In this document: positions 8,174-15,473 of the stretch, piece by piece | Numbering within the stretch: position 1 is the first letter of the stretch | Layout of the letters: each line of letters begins with the position of its first letter | Origin: Candidatus Saccharimonadota bacterium | GTDB lineage: Bacteria > Patescibacteriota > Saccharimonadia > Saccharimonadales > UBA4665 | Assembly (NCBI GenBank): GCA_963716945.1 | Contig: OY970322.1 | Span: 90,001-122,000, forward strand | Direction: 5' to 3' | DNA length: 32,000 nt | Position numbers and translations under genes: made by a program | The notes under the pieces: generated by a model | Databases searched by the model: none | Told to the model about the DNA's origin: nothing | Seen by the model: only the letters and a program-made list of their open reading frames with translations

Positions 8174-8248
8174 TGGTTGCGGGGGCAGGACTCGAACCTG
8201 CGACCTCGTGGTTATGAGCCACGCGAGCTGCCGCTGCTCCACCCCGCG
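8174..8248 (-). tRNA. tRNA-Met (anticodon CAT), initiator type
   Basis: The 75-nt cloverleaf is CGCGGGG-TG-GAGC-AGCGGCA-GCTC-G-CGTGG-CTCATAA-CCACG-AGGTC-GCAGG-TTCGAGT-CCTGC-CCCCGCA-ACCA. The C1xA72 mismatch and the CGCGGGG acceptor stem match bacterial tRNA-fMet. CCA is encoded. Confidence 0.85.
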
Positions 8249-8288
8249 TCGAGTGGTCTGGCTAGTTTATCAAACAGAGGTGGAAATG

Positions 8289-8753
8289 TCAATTGCCGCT
8301 GCCGGGCCGGTGCAGGAAGAAGTCGACCCAGGATTGGAAGTCGCGCTGGTAGGCCGGCTGTTTGGCCTTGGCGGTGTCGGTTTTGGGCGGGGTTGGCGGG
8401 TTGACGGTGTAAGCGTCCGCCACGCTGGCCGGCACGATAACTTCCTGCTCGCCCGGGGCGGCCAGGCCGAAATTCTGCCGGGCCGATAACTCCAGGTACT
8501 GATTGCTGTTGAAGTACTGGTTCTGCAGCGCCAGGTTGTCGTTCTGGAGTTGCTGGAGGCTGTTTTGCTGCTTGAGGGCCGTGATTTGCTTCTGCAGGCC
8601 GTAGTTGCTCTGGATGCTTTTGACGCCGCTCCAGCTGATCAGCAGCACGATCACCACGAAGATGACCTGCCCGGCGAAACGCGGGTCGCCTAGCCGCTGC
8701 AGGTAGAAGAGAAGCTTTTCTTTGTACTGTTTGTATTTATCGTTTATTCGCAT
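8289..8753 (-). CDS. septum formation initiator family protein (FtsB/DivIC-like)
   Basis: 154 aa. It has a single N-terminal TM (VIFVVIVLLISW), then a Q/L/N-rich coiled coil, then YLELSARQNFGLAAPGEQ, which resembles the conserved C-terminal motif of the FtsB/DivIC family. Confidence 0.75.
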   Translation of the reverse strand: MRINDKYKQYKEKLLFYLQRLGDPRFAGQVIFVVIVLLISWSGVKSIQSNYGLQKQITALKQQNSLQQLQNDNLALQNQYFNSNQYLELSARQNFGLAAPGEQEVIVPASVADAYTVNPPTPPKTDTAKAKQPAYQRDFQSWVDFFLHRPGSGN

Positions 8754-8849
8754 ATAACCGTTTTAATATTATATAACCCTGGCCCAGTATCTGCTATATT
8801 TAGCGGCCGGCGAAATATATGACCAACCCGAGAAAACGGCCCTTAAGTA

Positions 8850-8878
8850 TTGGTTTTCCCGGCGTGAAGCTATATACT
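8850..8878 (+). promoter_or_regulatory. sigma70-like promoter TTGGTT-N17-TATACT for the downstream tRNA
   Basis: The -35 lies at 8850-8855 and the -10 at 8873-8878, about 35 nt upstream of the tRNA 5' end. Confidence 0.4.
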
Positions 8879-8913
8879 CTCATCTGTTAGCTAGCCGGCG
8901 GCCCACTGATTTC

Positions 8914-8989
8914 GGGGGTGTAGCTCATCGGTTAGAGCAGGCGGCTCATAACCGCTTGGTAGATGGTTCGATTCCATCCACCCCCACCA
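8914..8989 (+). tRNA. tRNA with anticodon CAT (elongator Met or lysidine-type Ile2)
   Basis: The 76-nt cloverleaf is GGGGGTG-TA-GCTC-ATCGGTTA-GAGC-A-GGCGG-CTCATAA-CCGCT-TGGTA-GATGG-TTCGATT-CCATC-CACCCCC-ACCA. The acceptor stem is fully paired, so it is not an initiator. The anticodon arm resembles E. coli tRNA-Ile2 as I recall it. Confidence 0.85.
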
Positions 8990-8996
8990 TTATTAA

Positions 8997-10019
8997 TTAG
9001 ACGTGGTACGCGCTCTCCGGCATGTGGACGGCCTCATTGTTGGCTATCAGCCGGTTTTCGGCGTTGACGACCCAGTCGAAGAAGCGCCGGTTACCACCGT
9101 GCGTGACGGCGCGCGGCAGGATCAGGTTGCCGGCTTTGACGGCCAAGGTTACCCTTTTGAAACGTTTCTCATCATCAGCCGTGAACGGCATGTCGTACAT
9201 GTCCCTGATTTCTTCGCGGAGCGTGCCGCGTATGATCAGGTCCATGCGTTCCCTAGCGGGTATCAGGCGCTTGGGGAAAGGCATATTGGCGCAAATGTCG
9301 GTACCCATGAACTTCGCCGCGTCAGTCAAGTAAAGTTCGCCCCGTCGGAGCCGGCCGTCGAAGTATTCGCGCAGCTCGGCGTAGTCTTGCGGCGCCTGGT
9401 CGCCCGGCATCTTGAAGAGTTCGCCGAACTTCACATAGTCCTGGACCAGGCCGTTGCGTTCCCTGTTCGTTAGCCGCCCGACCGTCGCTTCGTACAAAGC
9501 TAGGGCCGAGTCGGCCATGCAGGCTACCGTCCAGACCATCCTGTCCGGGTCAAAGGCCGAATACTCCGTGCCCGCGGGGTACGGCCCGGCGCTTTCGCCC
9601 ATCTCGCCGTGGACGCCGCCGTGCAAGTTTTCGACCCGCCTAAGCATGGCGTCGGCCTTGTCGGCCGGTTCGAAGAAGACGGTTTCGAAAACTATAGCCG
9701 TCCGGACAAGCCGCCGATACGGCCGCTCTTTATCAGGCTCCCTGGTATGATCGGCCGTGCCGACATAGTTGACCGGGTCGGTGCCGCCGATGACCAAAGC
9801 CCGCTGGCCGAACATCAGCCCGACGCTACGGACCGACTGCAGCCGGTGCAGCATCGTGCTATCGGGGAAGTGGCCTAGCGTGTGGCCGCTTACGGCCGGG
9901 TCGCCGATGCCGGTATGGTTCATCGACAATTCGTCGCCCAGCGGCAAGACCAGACCATTCGGCTGGCCCATGGCCGAGGCTATCGATTCTCCCGCGACCG
10001 CTGCTCGCTCGCCTGTCAT
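8997..10019 (-). CDS. DUF2236 / MpaB-type oxygenase family protein
   Basis: The region ...FGQRALVIGGTDPVNYVGT...RRLVRTAIVFETVFF...VENLHGGVHG... resembles the DUF2236 (MpaB/rubber-oxygenase-like) family. The ORF track starts at 10106, but 10020-10106 is AT-rich and contains a promoter. I therefore prefer the ATG at 10019 (MTGERAAV...). Confidence 0.65.
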   Translation of the reverse strand: MTGERAAVAGESIASAMGQPNGLVLPLGDELSMNHTGIGDPAVSGHTLGHFPDSTMLHRLQSVRSVGLMFGQRALVIGGTDPVNYVGTADHTREPDKERPYRRLVRTAIVFETVFFEPADKADAMLRRVENLHGGVHGEMGESAGPYPAGTEYSAFDPDRMVWTVACMADSALALYEATVGRLTNRERNGLVQDYVKFGELFKMPGDQAPQDYAELREYFDGRLRRGELYLTDAAKFMGTDICANMPFPKRLIPARERMDLIIRGTLREEIRDMYDMPFTADDEKRFKRVTLAVKAGNLILPRAVTHGGNRRFFDWVVNAENRLIANNEAVHMPESAYHV

Positions 10020-10029
10020 AGATATCCAT

Positions 10030-10058
10030 AAAATACCATTAAAACTATATATTTGCAA
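10030..10058 (-). promoter_or_regulatory. sigma70-like promoter TTGCAA-N17-TATTTT, 10 nt from the ATG at 10019 (leaderless-type)
   Basis: On the minus strand, the -35 lies at 10058-10053 and the -10 at 10035-10030. The hexamers are identical, and the spacer partly shared, with the promoter at 2236-2264. Confidence 0.4.
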
Positions 10059-10226
10059 AGTTACGGTCTTGCCGCCCGCCCCGGTTAAGCGGCAAATTGA
10101 TACCATATTTAAGACTTATCTTTGTGATTTTTATCAATCTAACCTGTAATGTTTGACAAACGGCGTTACAATAAAGAGGTAGACATTATTTAAATATAAA
10201 ATAAACATTAGAAAGGCAAAACAAAA

Positions 10227-10478
10227 ATGTCAGGTCAAGTGGGCGAGATAATAGTACGCGAAATCCCAAACCCTAATTTGGGCGGTGTGGCGACCAGCGC
10301 TTTCGCCAGGCTGGTGGAACACGCGCCGGTAGCCGAGATTGCGGCTGCCGATACAGTGGTGCAGATGTTGCCGCGCGCCGAACTTACGTACGCCGGCAGC
10401 CTGGCGGGCACTTCCGAAGTTGAGCTGGAAGACCGCTCGGACGTCCAAGCCGACAGACAACCGGCTATGGCCGCTTAG
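10227..10478 (+). CDS. hypothetical small protein (83 aa), uncertain
   Basis: The ATG is preceded by GAAAGG 10 nt upstream, at the end of a 120-nt AT-rich gap. The 3' end overlaps the convergent dus gene by 14 nt. No recognisable motif. It could be a chance ORF in GC-rich DNA. Confidence 0.35.
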   Translation: MSGQVGEIIVREIPNPNLGGVATSAFARLVEHAPVAEIAAADTVVQMLPRAELTYAGSLAGTSEVELEDRSDVQADRQPAMAA

Positions 10479-11460
10479 GGGCGAGGGGCGACGTCAACAG
10501 CCTTATGAGTTCATCCGTGCCGGTGGCTTGCATCAGTTGTTCGCGGAGTTCTTTGGCGCCGTCGAAGTTGTTGATATAGAGCTTGCAAAACTTATTAAGC
10601 GTCTGAATGGGGCGTTCGCGGCCGCGCCAGGTTTCGGCGAACAGCCGGACATGCTTGTCATAGAGGGCTATTCGCTGCCCGGCGGCGTAGTCTTCCCAGG
10701 GGCTATGCTCAGCGAAAACGAAGGGGTCGTGAAAAATGCCGCGGCCGACCATGATGCCGTCCAGCTTATACTTGCCGGCCAGCTCCAGTCCCTGCTGGCG
10801 GCTCATGACATCGCCATTGCCGACGATAAGTGTCTCCGGCGCCAAGCGGTCGCGTAGCTCGCGGGCTTGGCCGATGAGGTTCCAGTCGGCCGGCACCTTG
10901 CTCATCTGGACCCTGGTCCGGCCATGGATGGTCAGCATGTGCAAGTCCTTGCCTAGCAGAAATTCGATCCAGCTCATATCGACGGCGTTGAAGCCGACAC
11001 GGGTTTTGACGCTTAGCGGCAAGCGCCCGGCCAGGCCTTCGCGGGTGGCTTCGATAATCGCTTCGGCCAGCGGGCGGTCGTTCATCAGGGCGGCACAGGT
11101 GCCGTTTTTGACCTCGGTCTTTTGCGGGCAGCCCATGTTGAGGTCAACACCGGCGAAGTTCACGCCGTCCGGCAGACCCATTTCCCGGGCAAAGGTGCCG
11201 TCAGCCAGCTGCCGGGCCGTTTCGCGGAAGTTGTCCGGTTCCTTGCCCCAAATCTGGGCGACCAGCGGCTGCTCGGCGGCCGTGAAACGTAATTTCTTGA
11301 TAAGCTTGGCGCGCCCCGGGCTTTGCAGGCCATCAACATTCACGAACTCCGTGAAATACATGTCCGGCGGCGCGCAATCGGCGACAATCCGGCGGAAGAC
11401 GGTATCGGTGACATCGTCCATCGGCGCCAATACGAAAAAGGGTTTGGGCAAAGCTGGCAT
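10465..11460 (-). CDS. tRNA-dihydrouridine synthase (Dus family)
   Basis: LAPMDDVTDTVFRRI at the N-terminus, the active-site region VDLNMGCPQK, and LTIHGRT are all typical of the Dus TIM-barrel flavoenzymes. 331 aa. Confidence 0.9.
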   Translation of the reverse strand: MPALPKPFFVLAPMDDVTDTVFRRIVADCAPPDMYFTEFVNVDGLQSPGRAKLIKKLRFTAAEQPLVAQIWGKEPDNFRETARQLADGTFAREMGLPDGVNFAGVDLNMGCPQKTEVKNGTCAALMNDRPLAEAIIEATREGLAGRLPLSVKTRVGFNAVDMSWIEFLLGKDLHMLTIHGRTRVQMSKVPADWNLIGQARELRDRLAPETLIVGNGDVMSRQQGLELAGKYKLDGIMVGRGIFHDPFVFAEHSPWEDYAAGQRIALYDKHVRLFAETWRGRERPIQTLNKFCKLYINNFDGAKELREQLMQATGTDELIRLLTSPLAPKRP

Positions 11461-11538
11461 CCTACCTATTTTACCGGATTAGCGGCGGCCTGGCTGGTCC
11501 GTGCCGGAACTGGATATGTTATGCGCATCCAAGCCCGG

Positions 11539-12783
11539 TTATTCCCAGCGGAAAACCCGGAAAGCGATAGCGTAAACGATAACCAGCCAGACAACCATGA
11601 CGGCCAGCTGCGGGCCAAGGTCAAAGATCGACTTGCCTTCGGTAACGATTAGCCTGGCACCGTCAATTACCGGTGTCAGCGGCATGAAAGTCGTAATGTT
11701 CTGCAGCCACTGCGGCATCAAAAAGCGCGGGAAGAAAACACCGGTCAGGAACATCATCGGGAACACGATAATGTTGGCCAGAGGCGCGGCCTGGCGCTCG
11801 TTCTTAGCCCAGCCGCCCAGCGCCAAACCGATACCCAAAATCATGATGATACCGAAAGCCAGGAAGATAGCCAGTTCCAGATAATTGCCGACGACCTTGA
11901 GATGGAAGACGGCAATCGCCACCACGAACATGACGGCCACCGACATCAGACCGGTAACGGCGTTGCCGAACATGTTGGCCAGGAAATACTGCCAAACCCT
12001 GAGCGGCGTGGTGTGCAGGCGGCGCAGGATACCCATTTTCTTGAGCTCGGGGAAGACGTTGATCGGGCCGAAAATGCCGGCGCCCAGGATAGCGAAGCCA
12101 AGCAGGCCGGTAAAGGTGTAGTCAAAGGAGTTAAGGCTGCGCTCGTTGGTTTGTTTGGAGATGACCGTGAACGGCGTGGGGCTTTTGACCAGCTTATCGT
12201 TGAGCGCCTGGAACTGCGCCTGCAGCACCGAGACCAAGGTCTGGGCGGCTTGCTCGTTGTTCTCGGTATAGTGGACGATAGCCTGGCCGGCCGGCGTACC
12301 GTTCTGGCCGGCGCTACCGAAGCCGGGCGGCAGCTCAATGGTCGCGTCCAGTTCGCCGCGGCCCATTTTCTCATTGGCGTCGCTGAAACTGGTTACGGTC
12401 TTGTCGACTTTCAGGACTTTCTGGCTGCTCGACTCCGCCTGGGCGGCGAATTGCTCGGCGAACCGTGAGTGCGATTCGTTGATTAGCGCCACCTTGAGCG
12501 ATATCTTGGAGTTGCCGCTGTTGAGCGCGCCGAAAACGAATAGGAAAATCAGCGGGAACAGGAAAGTGAAGAACAATGCCAGGCGGTCCCGGAACAAGCG
12601 GCGCAGGTTAATGATGAAGAACATCCAGACGGTGTAGAATTTGCGCTGCGTCGGGCCTAAGGGTTTCTTGGGCTTGGCCTCTTCGGCCGCGCCGGTCCCG
12701 GGCTTGGCCCTGGACTTGGCGGCTAAACGCCAGCCGAGCCAGAGCACGATAGCGGCGATGATGATAATCCATAAGGCGTTCAT
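11539..12783 (-). CDS. ABC-2 type transporter permease
   Basis: 414 aa. It has an N-terminal TM plus a large extracytoplasmic loop, followed by about 5 C-terminal TMs, which is the ABC-2 architecture. Its ATG abuts the ATPase stop (TAAATG). Confidence 0.85.
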   Translation of the reverse strand: MNALWIIIIAAIVLWLGWRLAAKSRAKPGTGAAEEAKPKKPLGPTQRKFYTVWMFFIINLRRLFRDRLALFFTFLFPLIFLFVFGALNSGNSKISLKVALINESHSRFAEQFAAQAESSSQKVLKVDKTVTSFSDANEKMGRGELDATIELPPGFGSAGQNGTPAGQAIVHYTENNEQAAQTLVSVLQAQFQALNDKLVKSPTPFTVISKQTNERSLNSFDYTFTGLLGFAILGAGIFGPINVFPELKKMGILRRLHTTPLRVWQYFLANMFGNAVTGLMSVAVMFVVAIAVFHLKVVGNYLELAIFLAFGIIMILGIGLALGGWAKNERQAAPLANIIVFPMMFLTGVFFPRFLMPQWLQNITTFMPLTPVIDGARLIVTEGKSIFDLGPQLAVMVVWLVIVYAIAFRVFRWE

Positions 12784-13542
12784 TTAGCTTCTCAATACCT
12801 TTCCTGTCATGTCGATGAAAACGTCCTCGAGGTTGGCCTGCTCGACATGCTGTTCCTTTTTGAAGCCGCGGTGCAACAGGTCCTTAATCAGTTTCTTCGG
12901 CGTGTCCAAGGCGATAATTTTGCCCTGGTCCATAATAGCTACGCGGTCGCATAAGATCTCGGCTTCGTCCATATAGTGGGTCGTCAGGATGACGCTGATG
13001 CCGCGGCCCTGGACTTCCCTGACCAGGTCCCAAAGGTTGCGGCGGGCCTGGGGATCGAGGCCGGTGGTCGGTTCGTCGAGGAAAAAGACCTTGGGATTGT
13101 GGACCAGCGCGGCGACGATGCTGAAGCGCTGCTTCTGGCCGCCGGACAGGTTCTCGACATAACTGTCGGCCTTGTCGCCCAGGTTGACCTCGTTCAGGAA
13201 CTGTTTCGGGTTGACGCGTTCGCCGTAGGCGGCGGCAAACATCTGGATCAGTTCGGTCAGCTTGGTCTTGTCCTGGAAACCGGGAGTCTGCGGCTGGACG
13301 CCGATAATACTGCGGATGTCGTAGGGGTGCTTGGCGACGTCTATGCCGTCGATAGTGGCCGTGCCGCCGTCGATTTCGCGCAGCGTTTCAATCATTTCCA
13401 GCGTCGTCGTCTTGCCGGCGCCGTTCGGGCCCAAGATACCGAATATCTCGCCTCTGGCTACCTCGAACGAGACGCCGTTGACGACCGCTTTGCCGTCATA
13501 GACTTTTTTCAGGTTTTTAACCTTGAGAATCGCGTCAGCCAT
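12784..13542 (-). CDS. ABC transporter ATP-binding protein
   Basis: Walker A GPNGAGKTTT, signature LSGGQKQR, Walker B FFLDEPTTGLD, and H-loop TTHYM. Confidence 0.93.
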   Translation of the reverse strand: MADAILKVKNLKKVYDGKAVVNGVSFEVARGEIFGILGPNGAGKTTTLEMIETLREIDGGTATIDGIDVAKHPYDIRSIIGVQPQTPGFQDKTKLTELIQMFAAAYGERVNPKQFLNEVNLGDKADSYVENLSGGQKQRFSIVAALVHNPKVFFLDEPTTGLDPQARRNLWDLVREVQGRGISVILTTHYMDEAEILCDRVAIMDQGKIIALDTPKKLIKDLLHRGFKKEQHVEQANLEDVFIDMTGKVLRS

Positions 13543-13590
13543 TGAAACTACTATACCAATCCCCGTGTCGATTACGATAAGTATTTATAC

Positions 13591-13619
13591 AAAAACCCGG
13601 CTCCGCGATTGGAGCCGGG
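13591..13619 (-). terminator. intrinsic terminator after the 65-aa gene
   Basis: The minus strand reads CCCGGCTCC-AATCGC-GGAGCCGGG (perfect 9-bp stem) followed by TTTTT. Confidence 0.75.
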
Positions 13620-13650
13620 TAACGGTTTGCCTAAGAACGGATAGCCATTC

Positions 13651-13848
13651 TTAGCGAGAACGCTTGACGGTCAGGAAACCGTTGCGCGGGTTCTCGTTGA
13701 CTTCCATGCCGCTGGGCAGGTCGGTAGCTTCGGGGCGCTGGTCCTTGCTGAAGTAGTAGATGGTCTGCTTCTTGCCGCCGCGAAGGACAACGTCCTTAGA
13801 GTTTAAGTAGTATGTTACGCCTTTAGAGTTAGTGTGCTTGTAAGCCAT
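13651..13848 (-). CDS. small basic hypothetical protein (65 aa)
   Basis: It has a GAGGGAGA SD, its own terminator, and an internal duplication TYYLNSKD / IYYFSKDQ. No family was assigned. Confidence 0.6.
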   Translation of the reverse strand: MAYKHTNSKGVTYYLNSKDVVLRGGKKQTIYYFSKDQRPEATDLPSGMEVNENPRNGFLTVKRSR

Positions 13849-14007
13849 TGCTGGTCTCCCTCTCTTACCGTTAGTAATGTACCCCTAACATACTCTGGTG
13901 GGTTTTTGTTTGTCAACCCTTTGGCCGAAATAACCGCGCCTATGTACAGATTGGAAAGGCCTTTTTGGGTCCGGCCGACAGTGGTGGCAAATCACAAGCA
14001 TTTTAGG

Positions 14008-14036
14008 TTGCATTGGTCTGGCCGCTGTACTACACT
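14008..14036 (+). promoter_or_regulatory. sigma70-like promoter TTGCAT-N17-TACACT
   Basis: The -35 lies at 14008-14013 and the -10 at 14031-14036, about 40 nt upstream of the 14079 start. Confidence 0.4.
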
Positions 14037-14078
14037 AGACCAGTAAACCATAAAAGTAATAAATGCTAGAGAGGTGGA

Positions 14079-14750
14079 GTGAACGAAGCTATGGATTTTT
14101 CTAATCGCAACATTCAACCGCAGCAAGCTGCGGCTCCAAGCGCGCCAAATCCCGCGACCGGGACGCTTGGTAAGAACAAAAGAAGCAGGCCGGACAAGGG
14201 CAAATGGGGCCGCATCGGCGCCGTCGTCCTGATTGCCGCGGTCGTCATCCTGCTGGTAGCCCTAATCGCCTTGGTCGCTTTCGGCGGCCCTAAGGACGAA
14301 GACAGCTACGTCGACACGAACAAGCTTCAGGCGGTTTTCCTAAACACCGGCCAGGTTTACTTCGGCAACATCAAGTCGCTTAACAATAAGTACTACGTCC
14401 TGACTAACATTTACTACTTGCAAACCTCCAACGGCAGCAGTTCTAGCAGCTCCAGCTCCAATACCAGCGTCACCCTGGTCAAGCTGGGTTGTGAGCTCCA
14501 CGAGCCTTACGACCAGATGGTAATTAACAGCCAGCAAGTTACTTTCTGGGAGAACCTGCAGTCCGACGGCCAGGTCGCCAAAGCCGTAGCCACCTTCGAG
14601 AAGGACAACCCGAACGGTCAGAAGTGTACCGACCAGAGCAGCAGCTCCACTTCTACCAGCAACAGCGTCCAGAGCGCCGGCAACAGTAGCACTAGCAGTA
14701 CCCCTAGCACGACTAGTACCGGTACTAGCAGCACTACGACTAAGCCTTAG
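14079..14750 (+). CDS. membrane-anchored protein with Ser/Thr-rich tracts
   Basis: The GTG at 14079 (or the ATG at 14091) follows GAGAGGTGGAG. It has one N-terminal TM (IGAVVLIAAVVILLVALIALVAF), a globular region with 2 Cys, an internal poly-Ser run, and an S/T-rich C-terminal tail of about 40 aa. Confidence 0.7.
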   Translation: MNEAMDFSNRNIQPQQAAAPSAPNPATGTLGKNKRSRPDKGKWGRIGAVVLIAAVVILLVALIALVAFGGPKDEDSYVDTNKLQAVFLNTGQVYFGNIKSLNNKYYVLTNIYYLQTSNGSSSSSSSSNTSVTLVKLGCELHEPYDQMVINSQQVTFWENLQSDGQVAKAVATFEKDNPNGQKCTDQSSSSTSTSNSVQSAGNSSTSSTPSTTSTGTSSTTTKP

Positions 14751-14774
14751 TTCCCTCTAGGAACAGAACCGGCA

Positions 14775-14807
14775 GCAAGACCCCTCATCTCCGAGGGGTC
14801 TTGCTTT
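14775..14807 (+). terminator. intrinsic terminator between convergent genes
   Basis: GCAAGACCCCTC-ATCTCC-GAGGGGTCTTGC (perfect 12-bp stem) followed by TTT. The stop of the convergent 203-aa gene overlaps the 3' flank. Confidence 0.75.
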
Positions 14808-15417
14808 AGGCCACGTTATGCCGAAACCATAGCCGGGCGGCCAGGGTGATTAGGAACAGCAGACCGCTCAGTACGGTTACTACCAAGCTCCAGCCGGCCA
14901 GGTCCGGCGACCATGATGGCGTGACAAACGAAAATTCGTAGAGAGAGACCGGAACAGGCGGCAGCTGGACGACATCATGCGACCGCGAAGTGACGTACTG
15001 CTCAATGCAAGGCACCCGGTTGTGGCCGGAAAAGTCTGTCGGGTCCTGCTGCTGGCAGTAGGTCTGGGCATCGGTGTAGAGTTGGGTATTGGTCTGTGTC
15101 AGCTGGCTGGACCGGGCCTGGACTAAGCGGTTGTAAGTGTATTTGAGCTGGATTGGCGGATAGACGGAGGTGCCCGTATTCAGGTCGGTATTCATGTGGG
15201 AAGTTACGTAGGACTGGAGGTTTTTCAGAGCGCCTTGGACGTTGTTGTCGTACTTGTCGGCCGAGTAGACGGCATTGCGCAGTTTGATCATATGCTGGTT
15301 GTTGGCCCTCAGCGCCCCGACGCAAACCACGCCGCTGACTACGGCCAGGACCAGGAAATACCAGGGTTTGACATGGCGGAATACGGTCCAGAAGTGGTGT
15401 AGGCGGCGTTTGTTCAT
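14806..15417 (-). CDS. hypothetical membrane protein (203 aa, TM at each end)
   Basis: An N-terminal TM (WYFLVLAVVSGVVCVGAL) and a C-terminal TM (LVVTVLSGLLFLITLAARLW) flank a Q/T/N-rich extracytoplasmic domain with 2 Cys. TATAAT lies 8 nt upstream of the ATG. Confidence 0.65.
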   Translation of the reverse strand: MNKRRLHHFWTVFRHVKPWYFLVLAVVSGVVCVGALRANNQHMIKLRNAVYSADKYDNNVQGALKNLQSYVTSHMNTDLNTGTSVYPPIQLKYTYNRLVQARSSQLTQTNTQLYTDAQTYCQQQDPTDFSGHNRVPCIEQYVTSRSHDVVQLPPVPVSLYEFSFVTPSWSPDLAGWSLVVTVLSGLLFLITLAARLWFRHNVA

Positions 15418-15473
15418 GCTGTCCCATTATAGCGCGGCTGGACGCTAATCACGCCAGGCTGTACCCTATAAAC

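Noticed and set aside
6100-8260. tRNA-linked genomic island
   Set aside because: There is no integrase or recombinase. I found no direct repeat of the tRNA-fMet 3' end; only a 6-nt GCAACC match lies near 6750. Only the compositional anomaly is reported, as a finding.
8177-8489. 75-aa and 93-aa plus-strand ORFs
   Set aside because: They overlap the tRNA-fMet gene and run antisense to ftsB. No SD, and arginine-rich shadow composition.
15464-15473. TATAAA box directly before the murC-like ATG as a leaderless promoter
   Set aside because: The hexamer ends only 1 nt before the ATG, too close for a -10 element serving that start codon. It is therefore not counted among the leaderless-type examples.
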